Source: Paecilomyces variotii (Eukaryota). Taken from it: a stretch of DNA of 64,000 nucleotides. Below, piece by piece: positions 26,070 to 42,097 of the stretch (positions within the stretch are counted from its first letter, which is position 1; every line of letters starts with the position of its first letter). Location: assembly GCA_004022145.1 (NCBI GenBank), contig RCNU01000001.1; one strand, given 5' to 3'. The notes beneath the pieces are model-generated. The model was not told the DNA's origin, made no database searches, and saw only the letters and a program-made list of their open reading frames with translations. The position numbers and the translations under genes were made by a program.

Positions 26070-28613
26070 ATGACCGAAGTAGAAGTACGCTCTTTCCTCT
26101 GCTCGATCTGTCACCAGTCATTCCGACGTCGCGAGCATCTTCGACGCCATATACTTTCTCGTAAGGCAGTATATCGTTCGTTGAAAGCAGTCTAACTGAT
26201 AGGCAAATCTAGACGGGGATATATTTCCCTATACGTGTTCATTTTGCGACGCGTCCTTTAAGCGCCGGTAAGTCCCATCTCGTTGACGCCCCCAATACTA
26301 GCATGGAAAAAGCTATGTCCTGATTTTGTCCGCGAAGTGGAAAGTGACCTTGAGCAATAGAGACGCCTTGACACGCCACCTAACAACATGCAAAATCCGA
26401 AAGAAGAACGGGGTTGGAATCCCAACTGCAGGACCAAAACAACCTCGCGGGAAGAGGCCAACGGCTTGTGATCGTTGTAGGAGATCCAAGAGAGCATGTA
26501 ATCTTGGGTTTCCATGCGACACTTGTATCCAGCGCCAGACCTCTTGCACGTACGAGAACTTGACTGACATGGTAGATGGCGGCGATCTTGAAGAACTCCA
26601 GCTATTTGATGAGTTGTCGACTTTCCACATCTTCAACTCATCTAATCCATCGAACAACGAAGGATTTCCTCTGGACAAACCAATAACTGGATCTCAAACG
26701 CTCTTTGTGGGTTCCACACTAGCTCAGAGTGAGCCATATCTAAAAGGTCTGGGAGATGACAGAGATCATACGGGGTCAACGCGGTTCTTCAATAGACTAC
26801 AAAGTCTGAGATTCTTGGAGCACTTCACCAGCTCAAGCGGAATTGCTGAGGCGTTTGAATGCGGAGAGACATCCGATTCGATCACTGACTACATGGTGTC
26901 TATGGAAATGAATCTGTCTGCTTACTCCCAAGACGGCTACACGAATGATAGCGACTCTTTCCTCATGGCTGGATATACTGAAGGATGCCCCCAGCCTCCT
27001 TGTGAGTCACTTCTGAGGGGTTTCGAGACCTTCGATCAGGGTAATTATTCTCCTCTAATGTTGACACTACCTTATCCGACTAGGTACTCACAACTATATG
27101 ATGAGGAAGGTTCTTCTGCGTTCCAATCGCATAATTTGGTATCGACACCAATACCTACTGCAGATCTCCACTCACTCGACCCCCTATCTGAAAAGACTCA
27201 CACCATTATCAGCAGTCTAAGGCGCACGGTTTCAGGAAAATGCCACAGTAGGTCACAATCATGGTCTTCAGTGAGAGAAGAACTTTGTCTGAAGTTGTTT
27301 TCGCCTGCTCGAATCCGACTTTTTCTCAATTTGTTTTGGTCCCAATGGCACCCAAACTGTCCCATTATCCACAAGCCGACATTTAATGCCGAGACAGCTC
27401 CAGAAGAACTCTTATGCCCTATGGTGGTTCTCGGTGCATGTACGTCTCCAGATATTGCTCATCGGAAAATCGCTGGCTTCTGGTTCGATATTGTTGAGGA
27501 ACTGGTGTTCACGAGTCCATTGTTGGATTTCGAGTGCAGCAGATCATACTCATGTGACTGCAACAGGCCTGTGAGCCGCAAAAAACTGCAAGCCCTCCAG
27601 GGAGCGTACTGCGTGTGTTTATATCAAAACTGGGATGGATCTGACAAAGCAAAGAGGCGCATCAGAAACCAACGTTTCACTGTTCTAGTCACTGTAAGAT
27701 CCCGCTCTATCCACTTTCTGTTTCTCAACACGAGATAACATTCCTGCATTTAGGCCGCTAGGGATATCGGCTTCGAATTCGCTACACATGATCAGCTCGA
27801 GATGAATGACCCTGGTCAGTTCGACTGGGGACGGTGGGTAGTCACAGAGGAACTGATGCGGTACGTCCGGGGACTTTTATAGTGAAGCGGATGTACTGAA
27901 TCTGACATGCAGGACAATGTCGTACATATTCCTGATCGACTCTGCATTTGCAATATTCAACAATTTACCCCCACGCTTCGTGATCAGTGAGCTCAAATTA
28001 GGGTTGTGCTACCCTGAGAGCTGTTTTCAGGCAGAGTGTCAGAACACGTGTTTCCAAGCAATCAAACGCGCATCAAGGCCGCCGAATGCAAGATTATCTA
28101 TAGCTTCTGCTGTCGAAGCTTTGTGCCACGAGGAGTTCGGTACCAGGCTCATTACGGACTTCTCACATATGAGTGTCTTGAATATGTTCTGCATCGTGTC
28201 TGGTATGCAATATGAACAAGGGAAGCTTGGTTACCATTTTCGCTGACTCTACAGCACTCCATATTGTCCTATTCACCCTCCGAGCATCGATTTCATCACC
28301 ACACCTGATCCAATCTATCAAGAAGGGGTTCTTGAACTGGGACAAGATCTGGATGGCCAATGCAGTGTACGAACAATTCGCAGGACGATATGACTTGCAG
28401 CAAGAACAACCTTGGAAGAAAATTGGGTTCATACGGCACTGTCGTGAATACTGTTTCTTGGGTTTGGTGATGTGCGAGAAGTTCCGATCTGAAACTAAAG
28501 GGGAAGAAAATTCCATTATACTGTCGGGAGTCTCAGGTCGATATGATGAGACAGATATGCGCCAGGTAAGCGAACTTATCAGACGGCTTCCGATGACCAC
28601 TTTAAGTAGCTAA
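26070..28613 (+). CDS. Transcription factor with two C2H2 fingers plus a Zn2Cys6 cluster and fungal TF domain
   Basis: Spliced: CSICHQSFRRREHLRRHILS|H, CSFCDASFKR|RDALTRHLTTC, then ACDRCRRSKRACNLGFPCDTCIQRQTSC, then FWSQWHPNCPIIHKPTF and FAIFNNLPPR. Confidence 0.9.
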
Positions 28614-28901
28614 GTAGCCGTTGGTTATCTTGTAATATATTGATATTGTGTCTTAAATCGAGATCTGTTTATGCCTAATAAATTCCTGAGGAGGATATTA
28701 AGGAGTTGCCCATCGTGTGATTACAATTTTCAACTTAGGTTAATCGAACATGATCACCATATTCGGTAGACTCATCTGCATCCGCACGAATATATCCCAC
28801 ACTGTGCATGTTATATCTACCTTTTTATTTCAACCACGGACCTTTGCGGCTCTCCAAGACACAACCATGCCCTTCATAAAACGAGCACCACAAGTACACT
28901 G

Positions 28902-29107
28902 GTGGAGATCCCCCAGACGGGGTCGCGGACTTTCCCCCACCCCCGCAGCGGGAAATAACCCACACGCGCCTCGTCGGGAGTTTGTATCAACTTTAATGCG
29001 ATTTTATCACGCTAAAACCAGTCGCTCTTTATTACTTGTTCTTCGTGGCGTGGGGGATGAATGCGGGGATACCTAGGTTAGCTCTTAGTAGGAATTCGCA
29101 TCTCCAG
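28902..29107. promoter_or_regulatory. Cluster of SYGGRG (CreA/Adr1-type C2H2) sites in the VAO promoter
   Basis: Seven SYGGRG matches on either strand at 28902, 28911, 28935, 28941, 29050, 29063 and 29102; TATA-like GATATAAG near 29293. Confidence 0.5.
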
Positions 29108-29398
29108 AAGTCAATTGCCTAGGACTCTGTCAATTCGTCCCAAACTGTTGCATGAGTAAATACTTTCCCACAACTTTGGAGATCTTTACCGCCTTTTAAT
29201 GGTATGCTCGGCTTACGAGGGGGTGGGAAATCGCCGCAAGCCGAGAGCTAGCGTTCTTGGGCTAGCAGGGATTCAATGGGTCCTCGGTTGGGGATATAAG
29301 ATCGCCTGATCCAAGTAGTCAAGTGTTATCATCCCTGGATAGCGGTCGTTATCGTATGCCTCCAGATAACCTTCGTCTACTTTGATATCCAGCCCATC

Positions 29399-31479
<2,081 letters not shown>

Positions 31480-32478
31480 GCTGTATTTCTATGATCGCGC
31501 TCTACCTTGTTATACAGTCAATTGCAGTTTGAATAGTTAGGCGTAGTGGAATAATTTTCTTCTTTATAGGTTTAATACCTTACATTCTTCCCTCGACACT
31601 TCTTAGGTTTACAAGGTATGCCTAGAAGAAATAGTGATTATCGTGACAATGGAATCAGACTTGGGAATTTCACCGTTTGGCAAGAAATGCATAGTGGAAG
31701 TGGAGTAGGTAGAAATATGTTGAAGCTCAAATAGGTTTAGCGTTTGTGGCCGTTTTCGAGTAAGGGTCGAAGTGTTCCACGGTTGCTCATGTTAACCCCC
31801 TCCTGTCATTTCCTTCTGGCGTCTCTTTTCTGTTTCACCAGACAATAATACAAGCCGCTCAAAACTGCTGGATAAGCCCGTTTTACAAGATATGTGGAGG
31901 GAGGGCTTGAAAATGTATCTTTGGACATCCATCGCCTATAATTCCTCTGCTGCGTACCGGCATTCAAGCAGAAATGCCGGCCCCTGAAGACCCTGACCCG
32001 ATGGCTCGGTAGTTAATTGATTAATTTAACTGTTTTTAGTGAAACGGCCGCCCGGCACGGACCGCAACCACATGGCGAGAGTCCGTGAGTCCAGCAGCCC
32101 TAAGCCCTAAGCAGATAGAACTGGCCGATCACATGCCCGTTCAGGATGACCCGCTGGCGGCCTGAGGCAAGCACGGGATACGGATGAGCCCCGTGGTTAT
32201 TCATGAGCCCCATCCCTATCAGGCGCATCGTGCACGCTGCTCTCCCCCTCCCCCTCAGTGCGAAGGGTTTGCTGGAGGTCATATTGTTTTACCCCCCTTA
32301 CAACCGCCCGGTATATCAGCCTCGGTCGCCTCGAACCGACCTGCGTGGATGCTGCGTGGCAACAGCTCCCCGTCGTCCACCGTGCCTACCCGTACCGTGG
32401 ACGAGCCCGCTCGCATCCGAACCCTACCCCTGAAGACTGCTTCAACCCGGTTCATGCACACCAGTGGAAATATCGACG

Positions 32479-34017
32479 ATGGACGGGCGCTCAATTCCTC
32501 GCCTCGATGAGGATCGATACCGGCAGGAGGTGCTCCAATTCCCGTCAGAACAATCGGAGCACGACGCGGAACAAAGGCTCATTGAGGAGGCGCGCGAGTT
32601 GGATCTCAAATTGCCAGAGGTGGAAATTGCAGCTTCTCTGGCAGCCTCAATGGCTTTCGGTATGGTCGATATCAACGGATCATCTGCCGCTTCTCGGCCT
32701 TCACTCGAACGCAACTCTGTATCGGACGTCGTCAGTTCTCGCGCAACCTCCATCGACCAGCTCGTCACATCCTTGTCTGCAACAACTGTCGCATCAGACA
32801 AGGCACACTCGCCCAGTACCCGCTCCGCGGCGTCTATTTCTACGCGCCCTACGTCATACTGTTCGGTTGAGAGCCGGAGAGGGCCTTCCAGGGAGAGGGG
32901 TCAAGGTCACCGTATTGAACGCAGCGACTCAGCTCCCGGCGCGAGATCACCGTCAACACGAGAAAGCAAGAGAGCGAGTTTCATACAGGCCATGGGGAAG
33001 CTCCCCTTCCGAAAGAAAAGAAGGGAATCAACGGTGCTTCTGCCGTCTAGCGCACAGATTACCGTGAAGAAGGGAGAGAATGACGTTGACAAAGTCTGCA
33101 TTGAGACGAAGCGAGAGAGGACCCCTACGACCGATCATAAGGAACAGGAACATGTGTTTAAAGTGGAGGTGCCTATTTTCGATGATGCTGCGCTACAGAG
33201 GAGTATACAAGACCCACAGCTGAAAGGGTTGGTCGAGTCGCATAGGGCGCAGGCGCGGCGTCATATCGCGTTTCAAAGAGAACTATTGAACGCTTTGTCT
33301 GATTCGCGTGAGAAGGCTATGGCAGAAAGGAGAAGTGAACATGAACGTGAGGTCAACGAGAAGCGTGAAAAAGTAAGATAACCACATATGAAAGCCAACG
33401 CTGTTCCTAACACATCTGAACTACAGAATATTGTGGATGCTGCCCGTCTCGAGGAACGGCAACTGGCTGCTGAAATCGAACAAGAAATGGAATTCGAGAA
33501 GGCAAAGATGAATTCCCGTACCCGCATTAAACACATGGAAGGCTACTGCGCCAGCCATAGTCCGCCTACGACCCCGGGTTCCGACAACAGTTCAGACGCG
33601 GAGCGAGCTCGTATTCGGAAGATAACACGTCAACAGAAAGAACAGTTGGCCCAGGAGTACCACGACCGCGACTCAATGGACCGGCTACACCAAGCTAAGA
33701 TCAAAGTGCTCAGAGACCGTCAAGAAATCCAGCTCCAGGACGCAATCGCGCGGATGGAAAGGGAGCTGAACGCTCTCATTGATCACCACAGCACAGAATT
33801 GGAAGAACTTCAAAAGGAACACCGGCAACAGGAAGAATTGCTTGTACAAGCCCTCGATATGAAGAAGGGCCAGATGAAGTCTCGTTGGAATCTTGAGCAG
33901 GCCATCCTGCGCCGGAAGCTCGAGTTGGAGCACGGTCAACCATATGGACCTCTTCCCCCACTATCTTTCTCTGACCTGGTCGATGAGACATCCAATTCTG
34001 TCGAACGCAGAAACTGA
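32479..34017 (+). CDS. Fungal hypothetical protein, Ser-rich middle and C-terminal coiled coil
   Basis: Long ORFs 32464-33381 and 33388-34017 joined by an intron at about 33373-33427; first ATG 32479; E/R/Q/L heptad-rich C-terminus. Confidence 0.8.
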
Positions 34018-34927
34018 TGATAGCATCGAGCAAGTGCATTTGTACGGGCGTTGGCTTCGGGCATTTTGGCTGGCGGGGAGGCGATGTTGCCTTTCTTTTC
34101 TCTTTCTTGGGTTTTATGACTTGATGTTTACGTGATACCCTTCCCTTTTCTCTGATTTCCATTGGATTATCTCTTATTACTCACCCATGTATATTTCAAT
34201 GCCCTCCTCGTATGTCATGTTGTTCCCTGAACCGAGCGTGTTTAGAGGCACGTTTTGGTCATTCAGTACAGGCCTTACTGGTCAATTGTCAATGTGACAG
34301 AGTCACATATGTCACCTATTCTAATCTGTAAACATTAATATTTTTATGCCTCCATTGATCGAGCGCAAGGGTGGCTTGTCTTATATGCCCAGTCTTGCTA
34401 GAATTCCCAGGGGATCTCCTTTATTGGTGATACTTTTCTTATCTCCGTCGCTAGACACTTTGGATTCTATTATGGGTGAGTCTTTGCTGCGTGCAAAGGG
34501 AAGTCTAGTGTCTATCCGTCACCGCTTTGTTTCCAGGGTTAGTATTCACATGGCTGACTCTGCGGTGAACCCCGACCTCCTGCTTTTGATAAGATATGGG
34601 CTTTCAAGGTGTTGGTCGATCTCCAACTGTTTAATACGCTGCTCAAGACTTTCCACTCCTTGTTCTTCATCCTCTATCTGGACTTATTATCTTGGTGGCT
34701 CTTATCAGGAGTAATACTGTGAACCACCTTGTTTCCTTGATAACTAATACCTGTTTATGCTATATCCTTATGACAACGGCCCCCCTTCACTGCCTAGGCT
34801 AAAGGGTGTGAGGTTGTCTAGACGCGTTATCCCATTTGCATTATCGATCTCTTGGAGCACGACTGATATGAAAGCTTATTACTTTCTACTATTCTTGTGA
34901 GAAAGCATAAACTTATGTGCTCTAATC

Positions 34928-36091
34928 ATGGAACGACTCTTCGCAGAATTTTGTCCTTTTCTCCCCTCTGAAAGTGAACAATCTGACGCATCGCGATCGC
35001 ATTTGCCACCTAATACAGCTGAGGAAGCCCCAGAAGAATGGGGACTATGTTCTGATTTCATCGACAGACTTCAACAGCGACCGCAGGATCTTGAGATCTT
35101 TGACTTCAGAGTCCCATTCCACATATTCACAGTACTGATCGACCTGCGTGATCGCTTGCGATGGCAGTTCTCACTTCCTGAGCCGGACCCAGAAGCCTTT
35201 CCGGGGAGGCCATTGAACAAGCCTATGTCCAAAGCTCGTGCTGAAGCGACCATAACGAAAGTCATGGAAATGAGGAGGCCTCCCTCCAGAAGAACACCTG
35301 ATAACGATCCATATAGGATCAAAGGACGCCAGCTGGCGAGTTACGTATCTACGGTGACAGGAATGAAGATCCGCCTACCATATGAACTCTGCGATGTCAT
35401 GTTATCGACTGAACCGGGTACCCTGATCATAAACGACATGATGGTGAAAAGAGAGGTCGTCGAAGCCATCTTGCAGTGCCGTCATCATGATGAAGAGGGT
35501 TTATTCATTAATGGCATTGTGTTCGAGATCGACGAAGTCAAGAAAGAAAAAGAAATGGCGAAGGGAAAGGAATACCTGTCTGCACTGGATCGTGAGGAAC
35601 AGAAGAGACTTCTCCAGAAGAGAAATATGAAAGCACCGGCAACATCTAACGCTACAAGATCTGCCTCGAGCTCGAAGCCCGCTACGATTCCTGAAGGAGG
35701 TACATCTTCTTCCACAGCTACAGACGCTGCCAATACAGAAGAGGTCGTATCACCAAAGAGACCACGGTTTCCGACGATCAACTACACACGCTCCGCATGT
35801 GGAAAGATACTCGAAGTGGATACGGTTCCGCCGACTCCTCGAAGGCGCTCTAGACGCCGTGATTCCATGTCTGTGAAACCGTTCATAGGGTACGAACCCA
35901 AAGCCATCGCAGAGCTGGCGGAGTATTACTGCCGCACCGAATATAATCTGCCAGTCATCATTGACGAGTCCCTCGTTCGTCAACTCTTCGGGATGCCTGA
36001 GCGAGGACGCACATTGAAAGTCGGAGGAGAAAGCGGCTGGGGCAAATACGGCAAGGACGTGAAGATGCAATTCGACTATTTCCTCGAGTGA
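34928..36091 (+). CDS. Hypothetical protein (387 aa), no recognised domain
   Basis: Uninterrupted ATG-initiated ORF with protein-like composition. Confidence 0.7.
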   Translation: MERLFAEFCPFLPSESEQSDASRSHLPPNTAEEAPEEWGLCSDFIDRLQQRPQDLEIFDFRVPFHIFTVLIDLRDRLRWQFSLPEPDPEAFPGRPLNKPMSKARAEATITKVMEMRRPPSRRTPDNDPYRIKGRQLASYVSTVTGMKIRLPYELCDVMLSTEPGTLIINDMMVKREVVEAILQCRHHDEEGLFINGIVFEIDEVKKEKEMAKGKEYLSALDREEQKRLLQKRNMKAPATSNATRSASSSKPATIPEGGTSSSTATDAANTEEVVSPKRPRFPTINYTRSACGKILEVDTVPPTPRRRSRRRDSMSVKPFIGYEPKAIAELAEYYCRTEYNLPVIIDESLVRQLFGMPERGRTLKVGGESGWGKYGKDVKMQFDYFLE

Positions 36092-36959
36092 GAGACAAAC
36101 TATGGATGGAAGGAACTACTTTGGCGATATGTGATATCGGTTCAGGATGGCGACTCATGCTTTTAAGGTACTTTTTTACTTTACGAGGGATTGGGATTGG
36201 GATAGCGAGCCACGGGCGATCTGCTTTATGTACCTACCTAATGCTTATCACGACGAGATACCACTGATGTCAATTCTAATTCCAAAAGATGAAACCTAAT
36301 CCTGTTGTATGTTCACACATATATGTATAAGAACACGACCCTGTTGTCGATGCTTGAGAGGTCCCTCGGTCATCATGCCTTTCTGTACTTCTCGTGAGAC
36401 AGCGGCTACTATTCAAGAGTAGCTTTTGGCATACCCGGGCAACGCATGTGACAGAGACACCAATTTCCTCTGCTATTTCTGTCACTTGAGGCTATTGAAC
36501 GCAAAAGCAACAAGAAAATGTGTGACATAATCCCAGCAATTGAGACTTGAGTGCTTATAGTCGCTCGTTATATATTGGGCGTGCTCAATTCTTGAGAATT
36601 CGTTTCTGAGAAAGACCTAATGTTGCGACGGATATATACAATCGCCTACTGGAAATTATTAGATTCTTGCTAAAAACGCTTATCATGCTCTACCTGCCTA
36701 GTAGACTGAGATGTTGAATACTTAAACTATATATTAGAAATGCTCGACCTTGCCTACGAAATGAAGGCTACCCCTTCTGCTGATTGCAGATTTACTGAGC
36801 AAAGAATAAAACAAATAAACTAACTAACAATATTAAGTACAATTGAGGAGACGAGTTGGCTAGATCCATCCCACTATCCCTGCAATACACTTGAAGATGG
36901 CGCCAGTAAATAATGGACATTTGTAGCCGTTAGGTGAGAACTAGATGCACCGCCGCAAC

Positions 36960-37761
36960 TTAAGACTTTCCCGCCATTTCGACAGCTTCTTGGATAATCT
37001 TCACAACTTCATCCGGCGCGTTCACCATGGGAGAATGACCCGTTTTCAAGTAGTGTATGTCTGCCGGAGTAGAGCAACCGGATGTTGCCATTTCCTTCTG
37101 TATGGCGATCGGAATGGAGTTGTCAAGCTCGCATGCGATATATTTGACTGGAATATGCTGGTATGCCGGATAAGTCAATGGCGACTCAAAGGAGGGCAAG
37201 GCCTGGAACGAAAGGTTTGAGATGTACTCATCCGCCACATGCGGAGGCACATCGTTGTAGAAGATCTTTCGGGGGTCAGTGGGCGTCAGACGATTACCCT
37301 GGACATGTATTGGTCAGTCAATCATCATCCTACGATGATCTGGTCGATACGTAACTTACCTCGACCTTGATCCAGGGCGGCATGCCGAGAACTGACACCA
37401 ATGATGACCCTTCTGGGAGAAGGAACGCGGCGATATAGACGAGAGATATAACTCCACCGCGATTCCCCTCTTTCTCACGGTCCTGCCGAAGAAACCCCTC
37501 TGCGCTCATGGTACCTGGAATCCCACCATAGGAGTGCATTGAAAGTACGACCTCCTTTCCATCAGACACTAGCTCAGATATCTTCTTCCGAATCACGGCC
37601 GCGTCGTCCTTCGCCGTTGCCGAGTCGTTTCCACCTGCTGATGGCAAGGAGACAGTGCAACATGGGTAGTCGAGCTTTTCTAGTTTATCGATGACAGGAT
37701 TGAAGTATTCAGGGGTGTGCCAGGCTCCGTGAATGAAGAGAATTGTCGGTTTGGGTGCCAT
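36960..37761 (-). CDS. Alpha/beta hydrolase (Abhydrolase_6, methylesterase-like)
   Basis: IHGAWH oxyanion motif, MHSYGG nucleophile elbow, ELDNSI (Asp), TGHSP (His). One intron at about 37300-37360. Confidence 0.9.
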
Positions 37762-39673
37762 GTTTATGTTTCCTCAAGTGATAAAAGAAGCAAGGGAGTA
37801 GAAGAGAGAGTTAATCTAAAGCAGTGTTTCCAACTGTGGTTGATTGTTAGGAAAAGGATATCACATAGGAAAAAGCCCATAGAGCACACCACAGGCTTTT
37901 ATACCAATCGAAATGGGGCTTGAGGAAAATCTCTTAACCGGCTACAGGCATAGTTAATTTGATAGCATGCAGTCATTTCAAGCCCTTTCACCCAAGGCAA
38001 GCGAAGTAGACGCTAATTCATAGATGCGAAGTTTCTTGTGGTAGCTTTCATTAGTCTTTTTCCTAGAGACTAGAGTACATCCAACACTCCGCATAAACCC
38101 GTCCTCGAACGGCCTGAGTCTGATCAGCGTTAGCGGTGACAGAAGGAAATACTAAGCAGACTCGATGAGCGTGCTGTACTTAGAATCAAAGACAAAATCA
38201 TATGATACCACCAACCCCGGATTTGAAGTGCGCTGCAGTATCGCTATCTACTTAATTATTCAATAATATTGAACACATTACATTCAACTTTTAGCTTAGG
38301 GCTCTTGTTGCGCAAATCTCCCGACTCTAAACCCAGGTCATGTGCCAGGTCAAGTCGCCCTCTGTCTTCTGAATTTTGGTTCTCCTTAATATGCAGGTAC
38401 CCCAGTCTAGTATTAAAATCAACCTGTACTATTTCACTTAGGCGGTTTGTTGAGAAGACGTGTTGTGAGTCGCCCGTTTTGCTTGAATTGCGGCGCAGGC
38501 CCGGTTATCCGTGGATTACCCTAATACGAGATACTAGTTATAAAGATGTTCAGACCGGAACCTGTGCCTGGTAAGCTCCCCACCGTTAACAGCTAGCGAT
38601 CTGTGTCTACTCTTCCACAACAGCGTCGGTCGTATAGTCCACTTTTTCTCCAGCTGACGCACAGTGGGTTTCTTCTGTATCCAGCGCGGTAATCACACTC
38701 GCTCAGTCATGAAAAAGAAATCTAACATGCTATTTTGCTGATCTGAGCCAAATTACTCCATGCTAAATTGAGCTCGAAAATAAATGGATATTTAATATAT
38801 TTATAACTTGGTTCATCAAGATAATCCTAAATACTCCTAATGACTGGTCCTGACATACATTTAACTATCCACCATTGTCTAGTGTACTACTAAGCGCTAT
38901 ATATCCTATGGGCCTGTAGCAGCAGAGAGTCAACAGCTGAATGTACCCACTCAAAGGATTATTATACGACCTCCACAATACTGTCGATGTTTCCGGATTC
39001 AATTACCTAGGACTTACCCGAAAGATGCTGATCAATATCAGTGGCCGCTAGAGGAAGTGAGATGCTGCACCAATGACCAGAAATTCCGGCTTAGCTTTTT
39101 GGGTCCGTCTTGACCTGCGATACTGTATAAGTATTGGCTTAGAGAAACAGGGGTGGCCTCTGCCTCCACGACGTGTCTCCGTACTACATGGGCCAAAGGG
39201 AGGCTCGGGTTAACGTTGAGAGTTGTTCTAGAGTCCGTCCGACTGGAGACCGTCGCCATATGAAACTGATACTATCACGAGCGAAGACGTCGTATCTATG
39301 CTCGTGAACTAAACGTATTGGTCTTCAGTTCTGCGGCGTAGAGATCTATCTACAGTTCAATGTCGAGTGCCGCATAATGATCTAAATTATGACCAGGCTT
39401 CTCCGGTCCCGCCAAAAACCCCAAACTTTCCCCTGGAAACAGACTAAGCAGCAGGCATGACTCGTGGACAACTACGCCGTATAGTGTGTATCCCTGGTAC
39501 TAACCCTGTTGATCGGTTGACAATGAAAAGAAGTCTGCTCTGTCTGTCGGACACTTCATATCTTAAAGTCTTTGTATCAGAGAGACAGACTCGCAAGAGA
39601 AGGTCAATGGACTTTACTTATTGCAACGAAACCAGGGATATTTAGTCATTGGTCCTGTGAAGAAGCACTGAAC

Positions 39674-41024
39674 ATGGCCTCGTCAGATGCGCCTCCGGGT
39701 GTTGACCTCAATGAAGACATCAGATGGACTATTCTGGGTCCCGTGATTACTCTTGTGATCCTGGCGACAGCCGCAGTGGCTTTACGAGTTGCTTCGAGAA
39801 AAGTCTCGAACTTGCAATTACAATGGGACGACTATCTTATTATGGGAGCACTGGTGCGTGATTTGCCTGCTTCCGCCATATTTAGGGTTTTTGGGACACT
39901 GACAAGTTTGTTTTGAGGCAGGTTTTTGCATATGGAACCTGTGCTCTTACCATCGTAGGTACGAGAGATATATCGAACAACCAGGTACTGCTAGACGATA
40001 TGTGCTAATTGAAATTTCTAGGTTGTTATGAAGGAATTGGTAAACACATTTGGAGCCCGAAAGTAAACTTGACCGCGGTCTTGCAGGTGAGTATAAGATG
40101 TTCAACACCCAAAGCTGAGTTGAGCAGTCTAACAAATATGGTTGACAGTGCCTATGGGCGTATGAGTTCCTTTATGACACCATAATCCCATTTATCAAAT
40201 TGTCGATTATTCTATTTTACCGCCGTGTCTTCGACGTGCCGCGCTTCCAACGGGTTCTCAATTGGCTTGCCGTTCTGGTCATGGGCTGGTGGTTGGCAAT
40301 TCTCCTGGTGGTCATTTTCCAATGCATGCCCTATAGCTATTTTTGGCTGCAGTATACCGATCCGACGGCAAAAGGAAAATGCATAAATACAACCCAGTTT
40401 TATATCGGCAATGCTGCGGCCAGTGTGGTAACTGATTTTCTCATTCTGTTCTGTCCGATTCCAATGGTCTGGGGATTACAGATGCCTGTGGCTCAGAAAA
40501 TATCAGTCTTGGGTATATTCGCTCTCGGTGGTTTGTACGTATTCATTCTAACTCCTCGCCCTCAACTTCCAAACTCATGTTGTGTATTTAGTGTTTGCGT
40601 TGCTGGAACGGTACGGCTATACGCTCTCACACTGATCAACAAGTCATCGGACTTGACCTGGAGTCTGAACCAGACCTTCATTTGGACCTCTGTCGAGCCC
40701 TGTATCGGAATCGTGTCGGCCTGCCTGCCGACACTCCTTCCCCTTATTCGCCGCTGCTTTCCCAGATTCTTCGGACGCAGCAACCACCAGGACTCAAAGC
40801 CGACTTACGAGGCCGGTGCCGCAGCCAGGAGCAGGGACCAAGGTGGTGACTTTTACCCTCTTCACAACGGTCCTAAGCTGCGACCTGAGGATGAACTAGA
40901 GTTGACGACTAACATTGAAGGAAGTGACTTTCAACCACAATACAGTACTGAGGATGGAATTGATCGCTACAGGGGCATCCATGTCAAGCACGACATTGAA
41001 TGGAAGGCATCAACTGTTCTATGA
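39674..41024 (+). CDS. PTH11-like integral membrane protein (fungal rhodopsin domain, no CFEM)
   Basis: VALRVASR, WDDYLI, G(I)GKH, KLSIILFYRRVF, IFQCMP, TDFLILFCPIPMVWGLQM, WTSVEPCIGIVSACLP; several introns. Confidence 0.9.
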
Positions 41025-42097
41025 GCAACTCTAGTTCTTGTTCACCTATCAGTCATGTATTTCTATCCAATATTAAAATCCTAATTTCTTGTAAGCCATA
41101 CTTGTTATTGAAATCAGGACAGTGGTCCTATATCTAAAGAGTGTTTTGTCGCCTATAAATTGGTTCAAATTCAATAGCATGTGGTCTATCGATAAAGTAT
41201 CGGAATCTCTGACTTGAATGAAGCTGAGGAATATTACCTAAGATAACTTAGTTGCATCCAGAACTCACATTGGTTAAACAATGGAAACCCGAGAGAATGG
41301 TTCTCTATTTTTGGCTCTAATCCCATTTCTCTATTGGGGCTGGGCCTGATGCGTTTTAGCAATTACAGCTATGCTAATGAGATGAGCTCGACCAAGACGA
41401 CTGTATCATGGAGATTACAGATGAGAAGTTACCGGGGACTGTACCCGTTGTTGCTGGATTATAGCATCGCACGACGGCTCCCATCATTGAGGCACCACAT
41501 AATGTCCGTGTGGGTGAGGACCAAAAAAATGGACACTGCATTGGGCCCCGACTAGCTCCTAGTAATCTATCTAGCGTTAACCTCTGCTTATCCCACTTGC
41601 GGTTATTGTAGGTTAGGTATTTCCCCCATACTAAAAGTAACCATGGCTACTTAGGCAACAATAACGCGTGGAATTATGCGTACAGTATAGGCATCGCACA
41701 AGACGAGGGCGGTGCCCAGTACTCATTTTTGGGATTTTGCTAAATAGTGATCCAGTCCCACTTCAAACGTCACCTTATCTATACGGAGTACTTAGTACCA
41801 CTTAGTAGTACTTTGGTATCTACGGCTTCAGCTGCGCCGCCGTAGGAAAGGCACCCCGAGAGCCGATGACTAGGTAACAAAACCTCGCTAACTAACTACT
41901 TGGGCCCTCTCGCTGACGTTGAAGAGCTGCAAGGGCTTCACTGCAGTTGACCGGTGTCGCTCCGGGAGTCCGGTCTGTCTGTGCCTTTGCTTCGTCCTCA
42001 ATCAGTTGCGTGGTGTTCAAGCTTGAAGCTCGGAGCAGATTGCGGCAAGTTAACTGCCTCCGGAGTCCGGGGAGGTGGGTGATCGTCCAGCCAGTAG

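Noticed and set aside
32258-33067. 269-aa alternative-frame ORF
   Set aside because: Overlaps the better-supported 32479-34017 gene; its Arg/Pro-rich composition is typical of off-frame GC-rich sequence.
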